A stretch of DNA of 64,000 nt. Source: Spirochaetota bacterium (GTDB taxonomy: Bacteria; Spirochaetota; UBA4802; UBA5550). Position 1 is the first letter of the stretch. Each line of letters opens with the position of its first letter. This document shows, in pieces, positions 1 to 10,416 of the stretch. The DNA is taken from contig OY760686.1 of assembly GCA_963663865.1 (NCBI GenBank), forward strand, positions 1,920,001-1,984,000, in the 5' to 3' direction. A program made the translations under genes and the position numbers. The notes beneath the pieces are model-generated. The model was not told the DNA's origin, ran no database searches, and saw only the letters and a list, made by a program, of their open reading frames with translations.

Positions 1-1
1 C

Positions 2-1024
2 CTTGAAATTGTCGCGGCACTGCTGATTGACGAAAAGCTTGGATCAATAGCCGACTATTCCGAGATAACGGCAGTAGGTCATAGAATCGTGCACGGTGGT
101 GAGAACCTTCTTGAGCCTGAACTTGTGACCCCTGAAATTGTTGAAGAGATAAAGAAAGTAGTTCCACTCGCCCCTCTTCACAACAAGGCCCACTTAATAG
201 GAATTGAGGTAGCTCAATCTGTTTTCCCAAACGCGTCACATGTCGTGGTCTTTGATACCGCTTTTCATCATACAATGCCTAAACATGCCTATATGTACGC
301 TGTCCCGTATGAGCTGTACGAAAAGTATAAGGTCAGAAAGTACGGTTTTCACGGAACCTCACACAAATATGTTTCTTCAGAGGCAGCATCGTTCATCGGA
401 AAAGATAAGAAGGACACAAACGTCATATCGATTCATCTTGGTAACGGAAGCAGTATTACAGCCGTTAAAAACGGCGAATGCGTTGATACCAGCATGGGCC
501 TGACTCCGCTGGCCGGCCTGATTATGGGTACGAGATGCGGAGATATTGACCCGGCGGTATGTTATTACCTTTCAAAAAATCTGGAACTTGATTCACAGGG
601 TGTCGACGATATATTGAATAAAAAAAGCGGTTTCCTGGGAATATGCGGCAGCAGCGACCTGCGCGAGGTTCGCGACAAGGCCCAATCTGGCGATGAGAGG
701 GGAAAGCTGGCTCTTGATATGCTTGCTTACCAAATAGCTAAATATGTCGGCTCATACTATGCCGTTTTAGGTACAGTCGACGCTATAGTCTTTACAGCAG
801 GAATCGGGGAGAACGCTGCGATCGTACGCGAGATGGTTCTTCAAAAGCTGGAACAGCCATTCGGAATTAAAGTTAATAAGGATAAAAACTGGCACAACAA
901 TGGATGCATGTCGGCTCCGACAGAAATCAGCGCTGATGACAGCAGAATAAAGGTCCTTGTTGTTCCAACTAATGAAGAGCTTCAGATAGCCAGGGATACC
1001 GAAGCCCTCTTGAAGTCAAAATAG
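2..1024 (+). CDS. ackA: Acetate kinase (5' end lies outside the window)
   Basis: Open frame from base 2. Motifs GHRIVHGG, PLAPLHN, FDTAFH, YGFHGTSH, HLGNGSS, DTSMGLTPLAG, FTAGIGEN, PTNEEL. Confidence 0.97.
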   Translation, partial: LEIVAALLIDEKLGSIADYSEITAVGHRIVHGGENLLEPELVTPEIVEEIKKVVPLAPLHNKAHLIGIEVAQSVFPNASHVVVFDTAFHHTMPKHAYMYAVPYELYEKYKVRKYGFHGTSHKYVSSEAASFIGKDKKDTNVISIHLGNGSSITAVKNGECVDTSMGLTPLAGLIMGTRCGDIDPAVCYYLSKNLELDSQGVDDILNKKSGFLGICGSSDLREVRDKAQSGDERGKLALDMLAYQIAKYVGSYYAVLGTVDAIVFTAGIGENAAIVREMVLQKLEQPFGIKVNKDKNWHNNGCMSAPTEISADDSRIKVLVVPTNEELQIARDTEALLKSK

Positions 1025-1036
1025 CATTTTTTGAAG

Positions 1037-2692
1037 TCAACAGGACTTGTATATGTAATCATCGGCGGACGATGAGCTTGCTGCTGAAGCGGATACGGCC
1101 ATGTTTCTTCCGTTTTTTTTGGAATGGTACAGCGCCTTGTCTGCCATAACGATGAGCTCACTGTACATCTTCGGCAGCGCCGGGGTTTTTGTAGCGCTCC
1201 CGGCGCTTATTGTAATACGATGATACTTTGAAGCGCTGTGAGGCATCTCCATAGCGCTGACAGCCTCTACGATGGACGAAGCAACATGAGCGGCACCTTC
1301 ATGCGAGGTGTTCGGAAGTATTATTGCGAACTCCTCGCCTCCGTACCTGTAAAGATGGTCGGTTTCCCTCCTCAAGTTGTCTGTTATACACGTGGATATT
1401 GCTTTTAGACATTTATCGCCTTCAACATGTCCATATGTATCATTGTAGGGTTTGAAGTAGTCGATGTCGATCATGATCAGCGACATCGGTTCCTTCGCCC
1501 TGAACGCCCTCTCCCATTCGAACCTGACAACATTGTCAAAGTGACGCCTGTTATAGGCACCTGTGAGACTGTCTGTTATACTCATTAGCTCAAGCCGTTC
1601 ATTAACTCCTTTAAGCTCGTTTGTCTGTGTGCTTATTATCTGGGCCATGTCATCGACTGCCATTGAGAGCAGTCCAAGCTCATTATTTGAGGGAACTGTA
1701 CCGCGTCTTGCATAGTCACCTTTCGCTATGCGTTTAACCTGATCAATAAGGGAGTTAACAGGACTGACAATTGACCTGTCAATGGTTAAGATAACTATCA
1801 GAAGAACTGCAATAGTGGCGACAACCAGAAAGAATATGGCCAGCTTTATGACATTGTCACCCTTGACGGAAATGGCCATGGGTATTGAAATATGAAGAAC
1901 ATATTTACCGCTGCCGGCAATGTCCTGTCTCAGTGCGTAGACGTTGATTTTTTTTTCTGATCTGTTAATCAGCAATTTAACCGGTAAAGAACCAATCAGT
2001 TTCTTTTTTATTTCCGGGGATAAAAAAGACTGTTCTACAGGAAAAACACTGAAATCAATCTCGGTCTGCTCTCTGATTGACATCATGATACGCTCATCCA
2101 GAAGTTTGGACATAATAATAACGCCGTTTGAGGCATTTGGATTTGTTCTGAGCAGTACATTTCTTGCTGAAACAAGCATCAGCCCGATATCGGTTACGAG
2201 AACTCCCCTGACCTCCTCAATGGGCCTGTTAAATTTGGAAGATTTTTTAAGAACACTGCTTTTCAGCAAGTTTTCATTTTTTACAAGTACTTCGGATTTG
2301 AGTTTTTCACGATAGGGATGGTTGTATCCAAGCGCGTAAACCCTGTTTAGATTCCTGTCAAGAATTATCACCTGATCGAAATTGCCGAAAGCAAACGTCT
2401 CAGGGCCAAGGTTTGCGTTTATGAAAGAACTGTTCCTGGTATTAATATAGTTAAACAATGAGTCCCAGGTTGACCAGTCGTTACAGAGCCTGTCAAGGTG
2501 ATATATCTCCCGTTCAAGCGCGTGTACTATTCTCCGATAATTCTTCTCAGCATCGTGCTCCTCAAGTTCAAAAAAGACCGGACGGACAAGCAGAATATGA
2601 ATTGCCGATGCTGCCGCCATGAAGGCGAGAAAGGTTCCGGCAACGAGAATGATAAATTTATACTTAATTTTCAGATATCTGAATCTTTCCAT
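1037..2692 (-). CDS. Membrane diguanylate cyclase (CHASE4-HAMP-GGDEF)
   Basis: Two TM segments, DWSTWD CHASE4-type motif, HAMP (NELGLL), DSLTGAYNRR, DIDYFKPYNDTYGH, RxxD I-site (RETD) and GGEEF. Confidence 0.93.
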   Translation of the reverse strand: MERFRYLKIKYKFIILVAGTFLAFMAAASAIHILLVRPVFFELEEHDAEKNYRRIVHALEREIYHLDRLCNDWSTWDSLFNYINTRNSSFINANLGPETFAFGNFDQVIILDRNLNRVYALGYNHPYREKLKSEVLVKNENLLKSSVLKKSSKFNRPIEEVRGVLVTDIGLMLVSARNVLLRTNPNASNGVIIMSKLLDERIMMSIREQTEIDFSVFPVEQSFLSPEIKKKLIGSLPVKLLINRSEKKINVYALRQDIAGSGKYVLHISIPMAISVKGDNVIKLAIFFLVVATIAVLLIVILTIDRSIVSPVNSLIDQVKRIAKGDYARRGTVPSNNELGLLSMAVDDMAQIISTQTNELKGVNERLELMSITDSLTGAYNRRHFDNVVRFEWERAFRAKEPMSLIMIDIDYFKPYNDTYGHVEGDKCLKAISTCITDNLRRETDHLYRYGGEEFAIILPNTSHEGAAHVASSIVEAVSAMEMPHSASKYHRITISAGSATKTPALPKMYSELIVMADKALYHSKKNGRNMAVSASAASSSSADDYIYKSC

Positions 2693-2962
2693 TGTTCTCC
2701 ATCTTCGGAAAATATTAACGGCATATATCTCAATTTGTCAACAGAATGGCTGAATTATTGAACATATAATGCAATTAATACACATATCGTTGCCGTCGTA
2801 ATCAAGAAAAACGAACAGATTATCATCGAAAGCCTAAAAGAAGCAAAAATACTGCATAAAAATTTGTATTGCAGCTATACAGATCCCCGGTATTAATCTT
2901 GACTATTCAGATTGCAAAGTTATCTAGACATCTGATTAAAAATATAATCGTGGAGGCTTGAT

Positions 2963-3130
2963 ATGGCTTATAAGATTACTGATGAATGTACAGGATGCGG
3001 AACCTGTGCTCCTGAATGTCCAGTTGAGGCAATTTCAGAAGGATCGCCGTACTCGATAGACGCAGATTCATGCACAGAATGCGGAGTATGCGCAGGAGTA
3101 TGTCCTGTTGAGGCAATCGTTCAGGATTAA
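2963..3130 (+). CDS. 2[4Fe-4S] ferredoxin, 55 aa (absent from the ORF track)
   Basis: MAYKITDECTGCGTCAPECPVEAISEGSPYSIDADSCTECGVCAGVCPVEAIVQD; two CxxCxxCxxxCP motifs; GGAGG RBS upstream. Confidence 0.97.
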   Translation: MAYKITDECTGCGTCAPECPVEAISEGSPYSIDADSCTECGVCAGVCPVEAIVQD

Positions 3131-3145
3131 GACTCAAAAACTCTT

Positions 3146-3177
3146 AAAAAAAGAGGGATGCATATCCCTCTTTTTTT
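3146..3177. terminator. Intrinsic terminator after the ferredoxin (A/T tracts on both sides)
   Basis: AAAAAAAGAGGGAT-GCAT-ATCCCTCTTTTTTT, a perfect stem. Confidence 0.9.
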
Positions 3178-3192
3178 ATTGTTCACAAAAAA

Positions 3193-3642
3193 TTGATTGA
3201 TTATAATTTGCTGTTCAGTTATAAGAACAGTATGGAACCGATAATGCACAAACAGGTTAAAGCCATGGCCGAAAAAACCAAATCAGAACGAAGAAGGAGA
3301 AAGCGTTACGAACTCAGCGGTAATGCGTATGCTGTAGTAGACTCACATTTTACTCAGCTTGCCCATGTAATCGATGTCAGTGAGGAAGGTATTTCTTTTC
3401 TTTACACCGGGCAGGAAATAGAAAAAGGCAGAAATATCAACATGGAGATATTTCTTTACAATGATTCTAAATACGCTGAAAAGGTAAGCGCAAAGGTAGT
3501 CAACAATCTCACTGTCTCGAATAAATCTCTTCTTGATTTTGTCGTATTGATGAGGTGCTGCCTCAAGTTTGACAGGCTTGATGAAAAACAGCAGAAGAAC
3601 ATAGTCTATCTGATAAGCAACTATTCAAGTAATCCTCAATAG
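3193..3642 (+). CDS. PilZ-domain c-di-GMP receptor (true start probably ATG 3244 or 3265)
   Basis: ERRRRKRY (RxxxR) and DVSEEG (DxSxxG) motifs. Confidence 0.8.
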   Translation: MIDYNLLFSYKNSMEPIMHKQVKAMAEKTKSERRRRKRYELSGNAYAVVDSHFTQLAHVIDVSEEGISFLYTGQEIEKGRNINMEIFLYNDSKYAEKVSAKVVNNLTVSNKSLLDFVVLMRCCLKFDRLDEKQQKNIVYLISNYSSNPQ

Positions 3643-3650
3643 CTTCCATA

Positions 3651-4460
3651 ATGCCTTTTCTTTCTAAAGATGTCCTTGAGCAGGTCTATGTGCTTTATAA
3701 CAAAAGGGAGCTTGTGCATCCTGACCCGCTTGAATTTCTGTACAGATATCCGTCTTTGAAGGACCGTGAGATTGCCGGCCTGATAGCATCCTCCCTCGCG
3801 TACGGGAGAGTAAGCTCAATTCTCAAAACCGTCGAATCAGTGCTTTTAAGAATGGAGCCATCCCCTTTTCATTTCTTAGCAGATAACAGCTTAAATCGTT
3901 TCGAATCAATCTTCGGAAGTTTTAAATACAGATTTACTGACGGACGTGAGCTTGTTGCTCTTTTCTCAGCACTGAAGGAAATCTACAGGCAATATGATTC
4001 GTTAGAGAGCGCCATCACTCCTCATTCTGAAGAGGATGAACCTAACGCCCTTCCCGCTTTAAAGAGGCTTGTTTCCCTGATAATGGCCTTGTCAGGCCTG
4101 AAAAAAAGCTCGCTCATTTCTGATCCTAACAGAGGCAGCGCGTGTAAAAGACTGAATCTATTCTTAAGGTGGATGACACGAAATGATGATGTTGACCCCG
4201 GGGGATGGAGCTATCCTCATCGTTCTAAACTGATTGTACCTCTCGATACCCATATGTATCATTTCGGCTGCTGCTATGGATTTACCTCCAGAAAGAGTCC
4301 GGATATGAAGACTGCTCTTGAAATTACCGAAGGATTCAAAAGGCTTTCACCAGATGACCCTGTTCGGTATGACTTCTCTCTGACGAGGTTCGGAATTAGA
4401 CAGGATATGTGCTGGGAGAATCTTGACGACTTGATTTCCAACCGGCCATATCCCCGGTAA
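3651..4460 (+). CDS. TIGR02757 / DUF2400 family protein
   Basis: DPLEFLYRY, EIAGLIASSLAYG, SACKRLNLFLRWM, PLDTH, DPVRYDF. Confidence 0.9.
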   Translation: MPFLSKDVLEQVYVLYNKRELVHPDPLEFLYRYPSLKDREIAGLIASSLAYGRVSSILKTVESVLLRMEPSPFHFLADNSLNRFESIFGSFKYRFTDGRELVALFSALKEIYRQYDSLESAITPHSEEDEPNALPALKRLVSLIMALSGLKKSSLISDPNRGSACKRLNLFLRWMTRNDDVDPGGWSYPHRSKLIVPLDTHMYHFGCCYGFTSRKSPDMKTALEITEGFKRLSPDDPVRYDFSLTRFGIRQDMCWENLDDLISNRPYPR

Positions 4461-4467
4461 AAAAAGA

Positions 4468-4495
4468 TTGCAAATTCACCGTTTTATGCTAACCT
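4468..4495 (+). promoter_or_regulatory. Putative sigma70 promoter of the oxidative-stress operon
   Basis: TTGCAA-16 nt-TAACCT with extended TGn before the -10. Confidence 0.4.
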
Positions 4496-4577
4496 TACGG
4501 TAAAGAAGCAGACAGATTACGGCCGCTATGAAAACGCGCAGTCCATGTACTCCGGCCGGTATATATTCAGGTTATAG

Positions 4578-5759
4578 ATGAGATATGTAATCGTTGGAAA
4601 CGGCCCGGCCGGGGTTGAGGCCGCCCTTGCAGCAAGAAAATCCGATCAGACCGGAGTAATCGACATCATCACATGTTCATCAAGCCTCTACTACTACAGG
4701 CCCGGTCTGGTTGAGCACCTTAACGGTGAAGGCGATCTCTCAAAGCTCGTCATGTTTAAACAAGATTTTTATGAGGAAAAAAAGATAACCAATATTCTCG
4801 GTACGCCGGTTGAAGGCATTGGGATCAGTGAATGCATGGTTTACGGTTCAAACGGAGTCAAAATAGGTTATGATAGACTTCTTATAGCAACTGGTTCTTC
4901 ACCATTTGTTCCCCCGATTATAGGAGTTGAAAATGAGGGGGTGTTCACGCTGAGAACAATGAGCGACGCGGAGCGTATTGGAAGCTATGTTATCGGTAAG
5001 AAGAGTGTAATTGTAATAGGAGCAGGTTTGCTCGGTCTGGAGATTGCGTACAACCTTTCCAGGTCCGTAAGCAGGGTTACGGTGATTGAGTCGGAAGACA
5101 GGCTGCTGCCCCGCCAGCTTGACTGTGACGGCGCCGATGTTCTGGAAAAATGTCTGTTATCATTGAACATTGATATTTTAAAGAAAGACAGGGTTCGGGA
5201 GATAAAGCCTGGCCCTGGCAAATTGCTTTCAGTTTACACTGAAGGAGGCGCCGGGATTGAGTGCTGTGCCGTCGTTGTCTGCGCGGGCGTCAAACCCGAC
5301 ACCAGTCTTGCGATTAGCTCAGGGATTAAGGCGGGTAAAGGCATAGAGGTTGACCGGTTTTTTAGAACCAGCTCAGAGAATATTTATGCTGCTGGAGACG
5401 CTGCCGAGTTTGATGGAAGAACTTTTGGGTATTGGAGCATGTCGAGAAGGCAGGGAACTCTTGCCGGTGGCAATATGACAGGAGCTTCAAATGACTATAA
5501 ACCTGAAAGAGGAAATACAGTACTAAAGATTGCAGGAATTGACGTATTCTCTGCCGGAGAACTTGATGTTGAAGGCTCCTCTTCAACTGTTGTCAATCAG
5601 GGCAGTGTTTATAAAAGGCTTGATGTCCTTGATGGTAAGATTACCGGAATTGCCGTGATTGGTGATTCTGATACGGCCAGGTTATCTCAGAAGGCCTTTG
5701 AAAAAAAAATACCTCTTGATGATATTGTTGAGTATTTTGAATATAAAAGGGTTGACTGA
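4578..5759 (+). CDS. NAD(P)H:FAD oxidoreductase (NADH:rubredoxin oxidoreductase-like)
   Basis: GNGPAG and GAGLLG dinucleotide motifs, YDRLLIATG, TSSENIYAAGD; next to rubredoxin. Confidence 0.88.
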   Translation: MRYVIVGNGPAGVEAALAARKSDQTGVIDIITCSSSLYYYRPGLVEHLNGEGDLSKLVMFKQDFYEEKKITNILGTPVEGIGISECMVYGSNGVKIGYDRLLIATGSSPFVPPIIGVENEGVFTLRTMSDAERIGSYVIGKKSVIVIGAGLLGLEIAYNLSRSVSRVTVIESEDRLLPRQLDCDGADVLEKCLLSLNIDILKKDRVREIKPGPGKLLSVYTEGGAGIECCAVVVCAGVKPDTSLAISSGIKAGKGIEVDRFFRTSSENIYAAGDAAEFDGRTFGYWSMSRRQGTLAGGNMTGASNDYKPERGNTVLKIAGIDVFSAGELDVEGSSSTVVNQGSVYKRLDVLDGKITGIAVIGDSDTARLSQKAFEKKIPLDDIVEYFEYKRVD

Positions 5760-5798
5760 TTGCAATGAGAATTGATATGTCATCAGTATAAATGTGTA

Positions 5799-6230
5799 AT
5801 GAGTACAAATATGTCAGACATAAATATAGCAGAAACTCTTCTGGAAAAGGGGATTAAACCCTCTTTTCATAGAATCAAGATACTCGAATACCTTGTAAAC
5901 AGAAAGAATCATCCGACGGCTGATATGATTTTCAGGGATATTTCGCCTTCGATTCCTACTCTGTCAAAGACAACTGTTTACAATACACTTAAGACGCTTT
6001 TAGACTATGGCGTCATTATCTCTCTTAATATAGATGAAGGCGAACAGAGGTTTGATGCTGACTGCACGCAACATGCACATTTGAAATGTATATCATGCGG
6101 TAATATATTTGATTTAGCGGTTGATGACAGCATAAGCGCTTATATTGAACACCAGAACCATATATTCCATGAAGTAAAGATAAACATTGAAGGCATATGC
6201 GCGGATTGCGCGGCTAATATAAACAAATAA
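5799..6230 (+). CDS. perR: Fur-family regulator, probably PerR
   Basis: [18 protein letters not shown], HAHLKCxxC...CxxC; inside the peroxide/superoxide defence cluster. Start uncertain (5772, 5799 or 5811). Confidence 0.8.
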   Translation: MSTNMSDINIAETLLEKGIKPSFHRIKILEYLVNRKNHPTADMIFRDISPSIPTLSKTTVYNTLKTLLDYGVIISLNIDEGEQRFDADCTQHAHLKCISCGNIFDLAVDDSISAYIEHQNHIFHEVKINIEGICADCAANINK

Positions 6231-6250
6231 CAACAATCAGGAGGAGAATT

Positions 6251-6409
6251 ATGAAGTACGAGTGCACAGTATGCGGATACATTTACGATCCGGAAACGGG
6301 TGACCCTGACAACGGTGTGTCACCTGGAACACAGTTCAGTGATATACCGGAGGATTGGGTTTGTCCTGTATGCGGAGTCGGCAAGGATTCATTTGAGCCG
6401 GTAGATTAA
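6251..6409 (+). CDS. Rubredoxin, 52 aa (absent from the ORF track)
   Basis: [52 protein letters not shown]; GGAGG RBS. Confidence 0.98.
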   Translation: MKYECTVCGYIYDPETGDPDNGVSPGTQFSDIPEDWVCPVCGVGKDSFEPVD

Positions 6410-6426
6410 GATTTAAGGAGGTCATT

Positions 6427-6804
6427 ATGGCTAAATTACATGAGATTTACAAATGTGCTGTTTGCGGGAATATAGTTGAGGTTGTTCACGGCGGAGCCGG
6501 CAATCTTGTCTGCTGCGACGAAGAGATGAAGCTTATGCACGAGAACACCAGCGACGGCGCAAAAGAGAAACATGTGCCCGTTGTGGAAAAGGTTGACGGT
6601 GGTGTAAAGGTAACTGTTGGTTCAGTACTCCACCCTTCAGAAGAGAAACACTATATTGAATGGATTCAGATAATCCTTGAAGACGGTAAGGACATGAAAA
6701 AGTTCCTTAAACCGGGCGATACGCCTGAGGCGTTTTTCCCGAATGTCAGCGGCGATGTCATAGCGAGGGAGTACTGTAATCTTCACGGGCTCTGGAAAGG
6801 ATAA
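6427..6804 (+). CDS. dfx: Desulfoferrodoxin (superoxide reductase)
   Basis: YKCAVCGN...CC desulforedoxin domain, [21 protein letters not shown]. Confidence 0.96.
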   Translation: MAKLHEIYKCAVCGNIVEVVHGGAGNLVCCDEEMKLMHENTSDGAKEKHVPVVEKVDGGVKVTVGSVLHPSEEKHYIEWIQIILEDGKDMKKFLKPGDTPEAFFPNVSGDVIAREYCNLHGLWKG

Positions 6805-6819
6805 AAGGAGATTGATTTA

Positions 6820-7395
6820 ATGAAAAGCGTAAAGGGAACACAGACAGAAAAAAACCTGCTTGAGGCTTTTGCAGGTGAATCACAGGCAAGAACACGATAT
6901 ACTTATTTTGCTTCAGTCGCAAAAAAAGAAGGCTATGAACAGATTTCAGCTATATTCATGGAGACCGCAGAGAATGAGAAGGAACACGCCAAGAGGTTCT
7001 TTAAATTTCTTGAAGGCGGTCAGGTCGAAATAACAGCAAAGTATCCGGCCGGCGTGATAGGCACTACGGAGGAAAACCTTCAGGCTGCGGCAATGGGCGA
7101 GAACGAGGAGCACACAATGCTTTATCCTGAAGCGGCCAAAACTGCTGACGAAGAGGGCTTTCCTGAAATAGCAGCCCTGTTCAGGCTTGTTTCAACCGTT
7201 GAAAAGCATCATGAAGAAAGATATCTCAAGCTGCTTGCCAACCTGAAGAATAAAGAGGTATTTAAAAAACAGGGAAAACAGCAGTGGATTTGCAGGAATT
7301 GCGGTTATATTCACGAAGGCGAATCAGCTCCGCAGATGTGCCCGACATGCCTGCACCCTCAGTCATTTTTCGAACTTCTTTGCGATAATTTTTAA
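6820..7395 (+). CDS. rbr: Rubrerythrin
   Basis: [21 protein letters not shown]-terminal CRNCGY...CPTC. Confidence 0.97.
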   Translation: MKSVKGTQTEKNLLEAFAGESQARTRYTYFASVAKKEGYEQISAIFMETAENEKEHAKRFFKFLEGGQVEITAKYPAGVIGTTEENLQAAAMGENEEHTMLYPEAAKTADEEGFPEIAALFRLVSTVEKHHEERYLKLLANLKNKEVFKKQGKQQWICRNCGYIHEGESAPQMCPTCLHPQSFFELLCDNF

Positions 7396-7402
7396 TTAAA
7401 CC

Positions 7403-7430
7403 GCTGACCGCGATTTAATTCGCGGTCAGC
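7403..7430. terminator. Strong stem-loop after rbr (no clear U-tract)
   Basis: GCTGACCGCGA-TTTAAT-TCGCGGTCAGC, an 11-bp perfect stem. Confidence 0.6.
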
Positions 7431-7440
7431 AAAATAAAAC

Positions 7441-8988
7441 ATGAAAAAAAACGAACGTAGTGCTGGAATACTCCTACATATCACAAGTCTGCCGGGAAGG
7501 TCAGGTTGCGGTACCCTTGGCGTGGAAGCGAAGCAATTCGCTGATTTTTTAAGCGAGGCAGGCTTCAAATTCTGGCAGATACTTCCGTCAGGGCCGGTAT
7601 CTCCGGCAACACAATACTCGCCCTACTCTTCACATTCAACATTTGCCGGCAATCCTTTATTCGTGTCGCTGTCAGATATTTTAGAAGGACTGGATAAGCC
7701 GATTATTCCTGAGATGTCCTTTGAGGACAGCAATAGCTGTAATTTTGACAGCGCATTTGATATAAACGGCAGAATCCTCTTTCAGTCATATAGATCGTTT
7801 ATTGCCAACAAAGACGAACAAATCGATGATTACAATGCTTTTCTAAACTTCTGTGATGAAGAATCTGCGTGGGTCGATGATTATGCTCTGTTTGAATCAC
7901 TTGCGTCAAAATTCGGGACACGGGACTGGACTCTGTGGGATGAAGGAATATCGTCCTTCGCTAACGAAGAAGTAAAGCGGTATAGGAAACTTCTCTCTGA
8001 AAACATAGAATTTCATAAATACGTGCAATATGTCTATTACACCCAGTGGTATGAATTGAAGGAATACTGCAATTCAAGGGGGATAAAGCTGATTGGAGAT
8101 ATTCCGATATACGTAGTTTTTGAGGGAGCGGACGCCTGGGCACACAGAGAGATATTTTCCCTTGATGAAAAAGGCCAAAGGCCTTCAACGGTAGCCGGTG
8201 TCCCTCCGGATTATTTCAGCTCAGAGGGGCAAAGATGGGGGAATCCGCTGTATCGTTGGCTTAACCTTGACGGCACCATAAATGAAATAACTTATGACTG
8301 GTGGCGTAGACGATTCTCGCATTTAAAAAAACAATTCGATGTTATAAGAATTGACCACTTCCGGGGCTTTGAATCCTTCTGGTCGATACCTGCCGAGGAA
8401 AAAACAGCAATTAAGGGCAAGTGGGTCAAGGGGCCCGGGTCGGCTTTCTTCGAGAAGCTAATGGATGACTTCGATTCTCTTCCGCTGATTGCCGAGGATT
8501 TGGGCGTGATAACCCCTGAAGTCGAAAATCTCAGAGATGAGTTTAAACTTCCGGGCATGAAGGTACTGCAGTTTGCCTTCGACGGCAGCCAGGATAATCC
8601 ATATTTGCCGCATAATATTCACGAACGAAAATGTGTTCTTTACACAGGAACGCACGACAATGACACCACAAACGGCTGGTTTTACGGCAAATCACTCAAT
8701 GATGAAAAGAGACGGTTCATAATGGAGTATCTGGATGTTTCAGACTATAGCAATATGCACTGGCATTTGATTAAAGCAGCTATGAGGACACCTGCCGAAA
8801 CGGTTATTATACCCATGCAGGATTTACTTGGTTTCGGAAGTGAATTCCGTATGAATACCCCGGGGACTATCGGAAAAAACTGGGTATGGAAGCTTAAAAG
8901 TGGAGATATAGTCGCAGATACAGCGGGAAAATACAAACATCTTCTTAAGCTCTACGGACGGCATAACACCTTTATTCAGAAAGATTGA
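7441..8988 (+). CDS. malQ: 4-alpha-glucanotransferase (amylomaltase)
   Basis: GILLHITSLP, SPY, GDIPIYV, GVPPDYFS, RIDHFRGF, IAEDLG, YTGTHDNDT, RMNTPG. Confidence 0.97.
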   Translation: MKKNERSAGILLHITSLPGRSGCGTLGVEAKQFADFLSEAGFKFWQILPSGPVSPATQYSPYSSHSTFAGNPLFVSLSDILEGLDKPIIPEMSFEDSNSCNFDSAFDINGRILFQSYRSFIANKDEQIDDYNAFLNFCDEESAWVDDYALFESLASKFGTRDWTLWDEGISSFANEEVKRYRKLLSENIEFHKYVQYVYYTQWYELKEYCNSRGIKLIGDIPIYVVFEGADAWAHREIFSLDEKGQRPSTVAGVPPDYFSSEGQRWGNPLYRWLNLDGTINEITYDWWRRRFSHLKKQFDVIRIDHFRGFESFWSIPAEEKTAIKGKWVKGPGSAFFEKLMDDFDSLPLIAEDLGVITPEVENLRDEFKLPGMKVLQFAFDGSQDNPYLPHNIHERKCVLYTGTHDNDTTNGWFYGKSLNDEKRRFIMEYLDVSDYSNMHWHLIKAAMRTPAETVIIPMQDLLGFGSEFRMNTPGTIGKNWVWKLKSGDIVADTAGKYKHLLKLYGRHNTFIQKD

Positions 8989-10174
8989 CAGATCTTGAAA
9001 CAATATAAGGTCTTCCCGAAGGCCCTTCAGGATTTACTATCACACCGCTGACTTTTACAGAAACGTTATTCTCGATTTTTTGAATAACTTCGGAAGAATA
9101 AATATCGGCCACACCTGAGAAGTTTCCTCCCTTTCCCGCATTTATCAAAAGAGAAAACGACGTTCCTTTGGCGCTTCTCGATATATTTGCAGTCCTGCCG
9201 GGCCATACGACAGCATATCCTCTGAAGAGATAGGGTTTTCGTGAGAATTCCTTATAATCAAGGTTTTCATATTCTCTCACATCTATATCTGAAATATATT
9301 TTAGAAGAAATAAAACCTTATCTTTAACCGCCGGACTGGCATTGCTGTTGATTATCCTGTTCAAGATCAGAACAGAGGAATTCAATTTGTTGTTTTTTAT
9401 AAGGGCTCTTGCCTTTTTATAATCATTGCCGAGTTCACCGGACGAGTAATAGAATTCAGAGGTCTTCTCCCTTGACACCCTGCTTATGAGGCTATATGGC
9501 GAACCGTCCAGTTCAAGACCGTCGATGCCGTCCGGCAACTCTAACTCCGGTCTGGAATTAGAAGATGAGTAATTTATATTAAAGTGATATAATAAACCGG
9601 ACAAAGCGGCTGCTGCTAAAAGTACCGTAACCGTGATGGCAGCATATCTGCGAATTCTTTTCCCGTGCCTTTTATTGGAAGAGTAGCTGCGTTGACTTAC
9701 TGAGCTATGACGTTTTGATGAAGCCGAAACTCGTGGAGGCCCGGGTATCTCGACAAAGTCTTCCAGCCGGGCATTTTTTTGAATATCATTGAAATTGTCT
9801 GTTTTCCGCAGCATTCGGAGCGCAGATGATATTTTACGGCTTGATCTGTCTGAAGCGTGAGCGAGGGCGTAAGAAGCAACTATTTCGTCAATTGACGTGG
9901 AAGCCTTAAGCTTAAGGAATAGATCAAGTTCTATGAGATGTCTGTATTGGGGCCAGGATTTGCGGAGCTTTTCGAGAATCAAATCTGATTCAGAAAAGCG
10001 GTTCAGATGCAGGTAGTTTACAGCAAGGAGGAACAGCGGATATGGGCTGTCTTTCAGTGTTATTACAACGGGTTCAAGTATAGCCGCTGATTCTATGTAT
10101 CTGCCCTTTTTAGTTGATTTATGTGCATCAACTAAAAGGCTGAAAACGCCGTCAGTCATGGCAGGAAATTTCAA
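8972..10174 (-). CDS. Membrane-anchored TPR-like protein with a C-terminal beta (OB-like) domain
   Basis: Helical-repeat N-terminus, one central TM segment, C-terminal PYLFRGYAVVWPG; overlaps the upstream gene by ATGA. Confidence 0.55.
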   Translation of the reverse strand: MKFPAMTDGVFSLLVDAHKSTKKGRYIESAAILEPVVITLKDSPYPLFLLAVNYLHLNRFSESDLILEKLRKSWPQYRHLIELDLFLKLKASTSIDEIVASYALAHASDRSSRKISSALRMLRKTDNFNDIQKNARLEDFVEIPGPPRVSASSKRHSSVSQRSYSSNKRHGKRIRRYAAITVTVLLAAAALSGLLYHFNINYSSSNSRPELELPDGIDGLELDGSPYSLISRVSREKTSEFYYSSGELGNDYKKARALIKNNKLNSSVLILNRIINSNASPAVKDKVLFLLKYISDIDVREYENLDYKEFSRKPYLFRGYAVVWPGRTANISRSAKGTSFSLLINAGKGGNFSGVADIYSSEVIQKIENNVSVKVSGVIVNPEGPSGRPYIVSRSVNLSE

Positions 10175-10416
10175 TCCCCAGGATCATCATCGTCGCGATT
10201 TTTCCCGAAAAAACGTGAAAAGGGATTGCCGCCGATGCCGTCTCCCTCAAGCATTTTGCCGATTACATAACCGGCAAAAGCAAGAATAAAGAGGAGTATC
10301 ATTTTCCAGAAACCGAAAAGAAGAATCGCGATTCCAGCCACAAACCCGATAAGGGCGCCGAATGCCCTGCCCGGATGTTCTCTGACAAAGTCAGAAAGGT
10401 CTTCAAAAAAACCCAT
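10171..10416 (-). CDS. Small integral membrane protein (DUF2273-like)
   Basis: HPGRAFGALIG...FGFWK...GYVIG; two TM helices. Confidence 0.75.
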   Translation of the reverse strand: MGFFEDLSDFVREHPGRAFGALIGFVAGIAILLFGFWKMILLFILAFAGYVIGKMLEGDGIGGNPFSRFFGKNRDDDDPGD

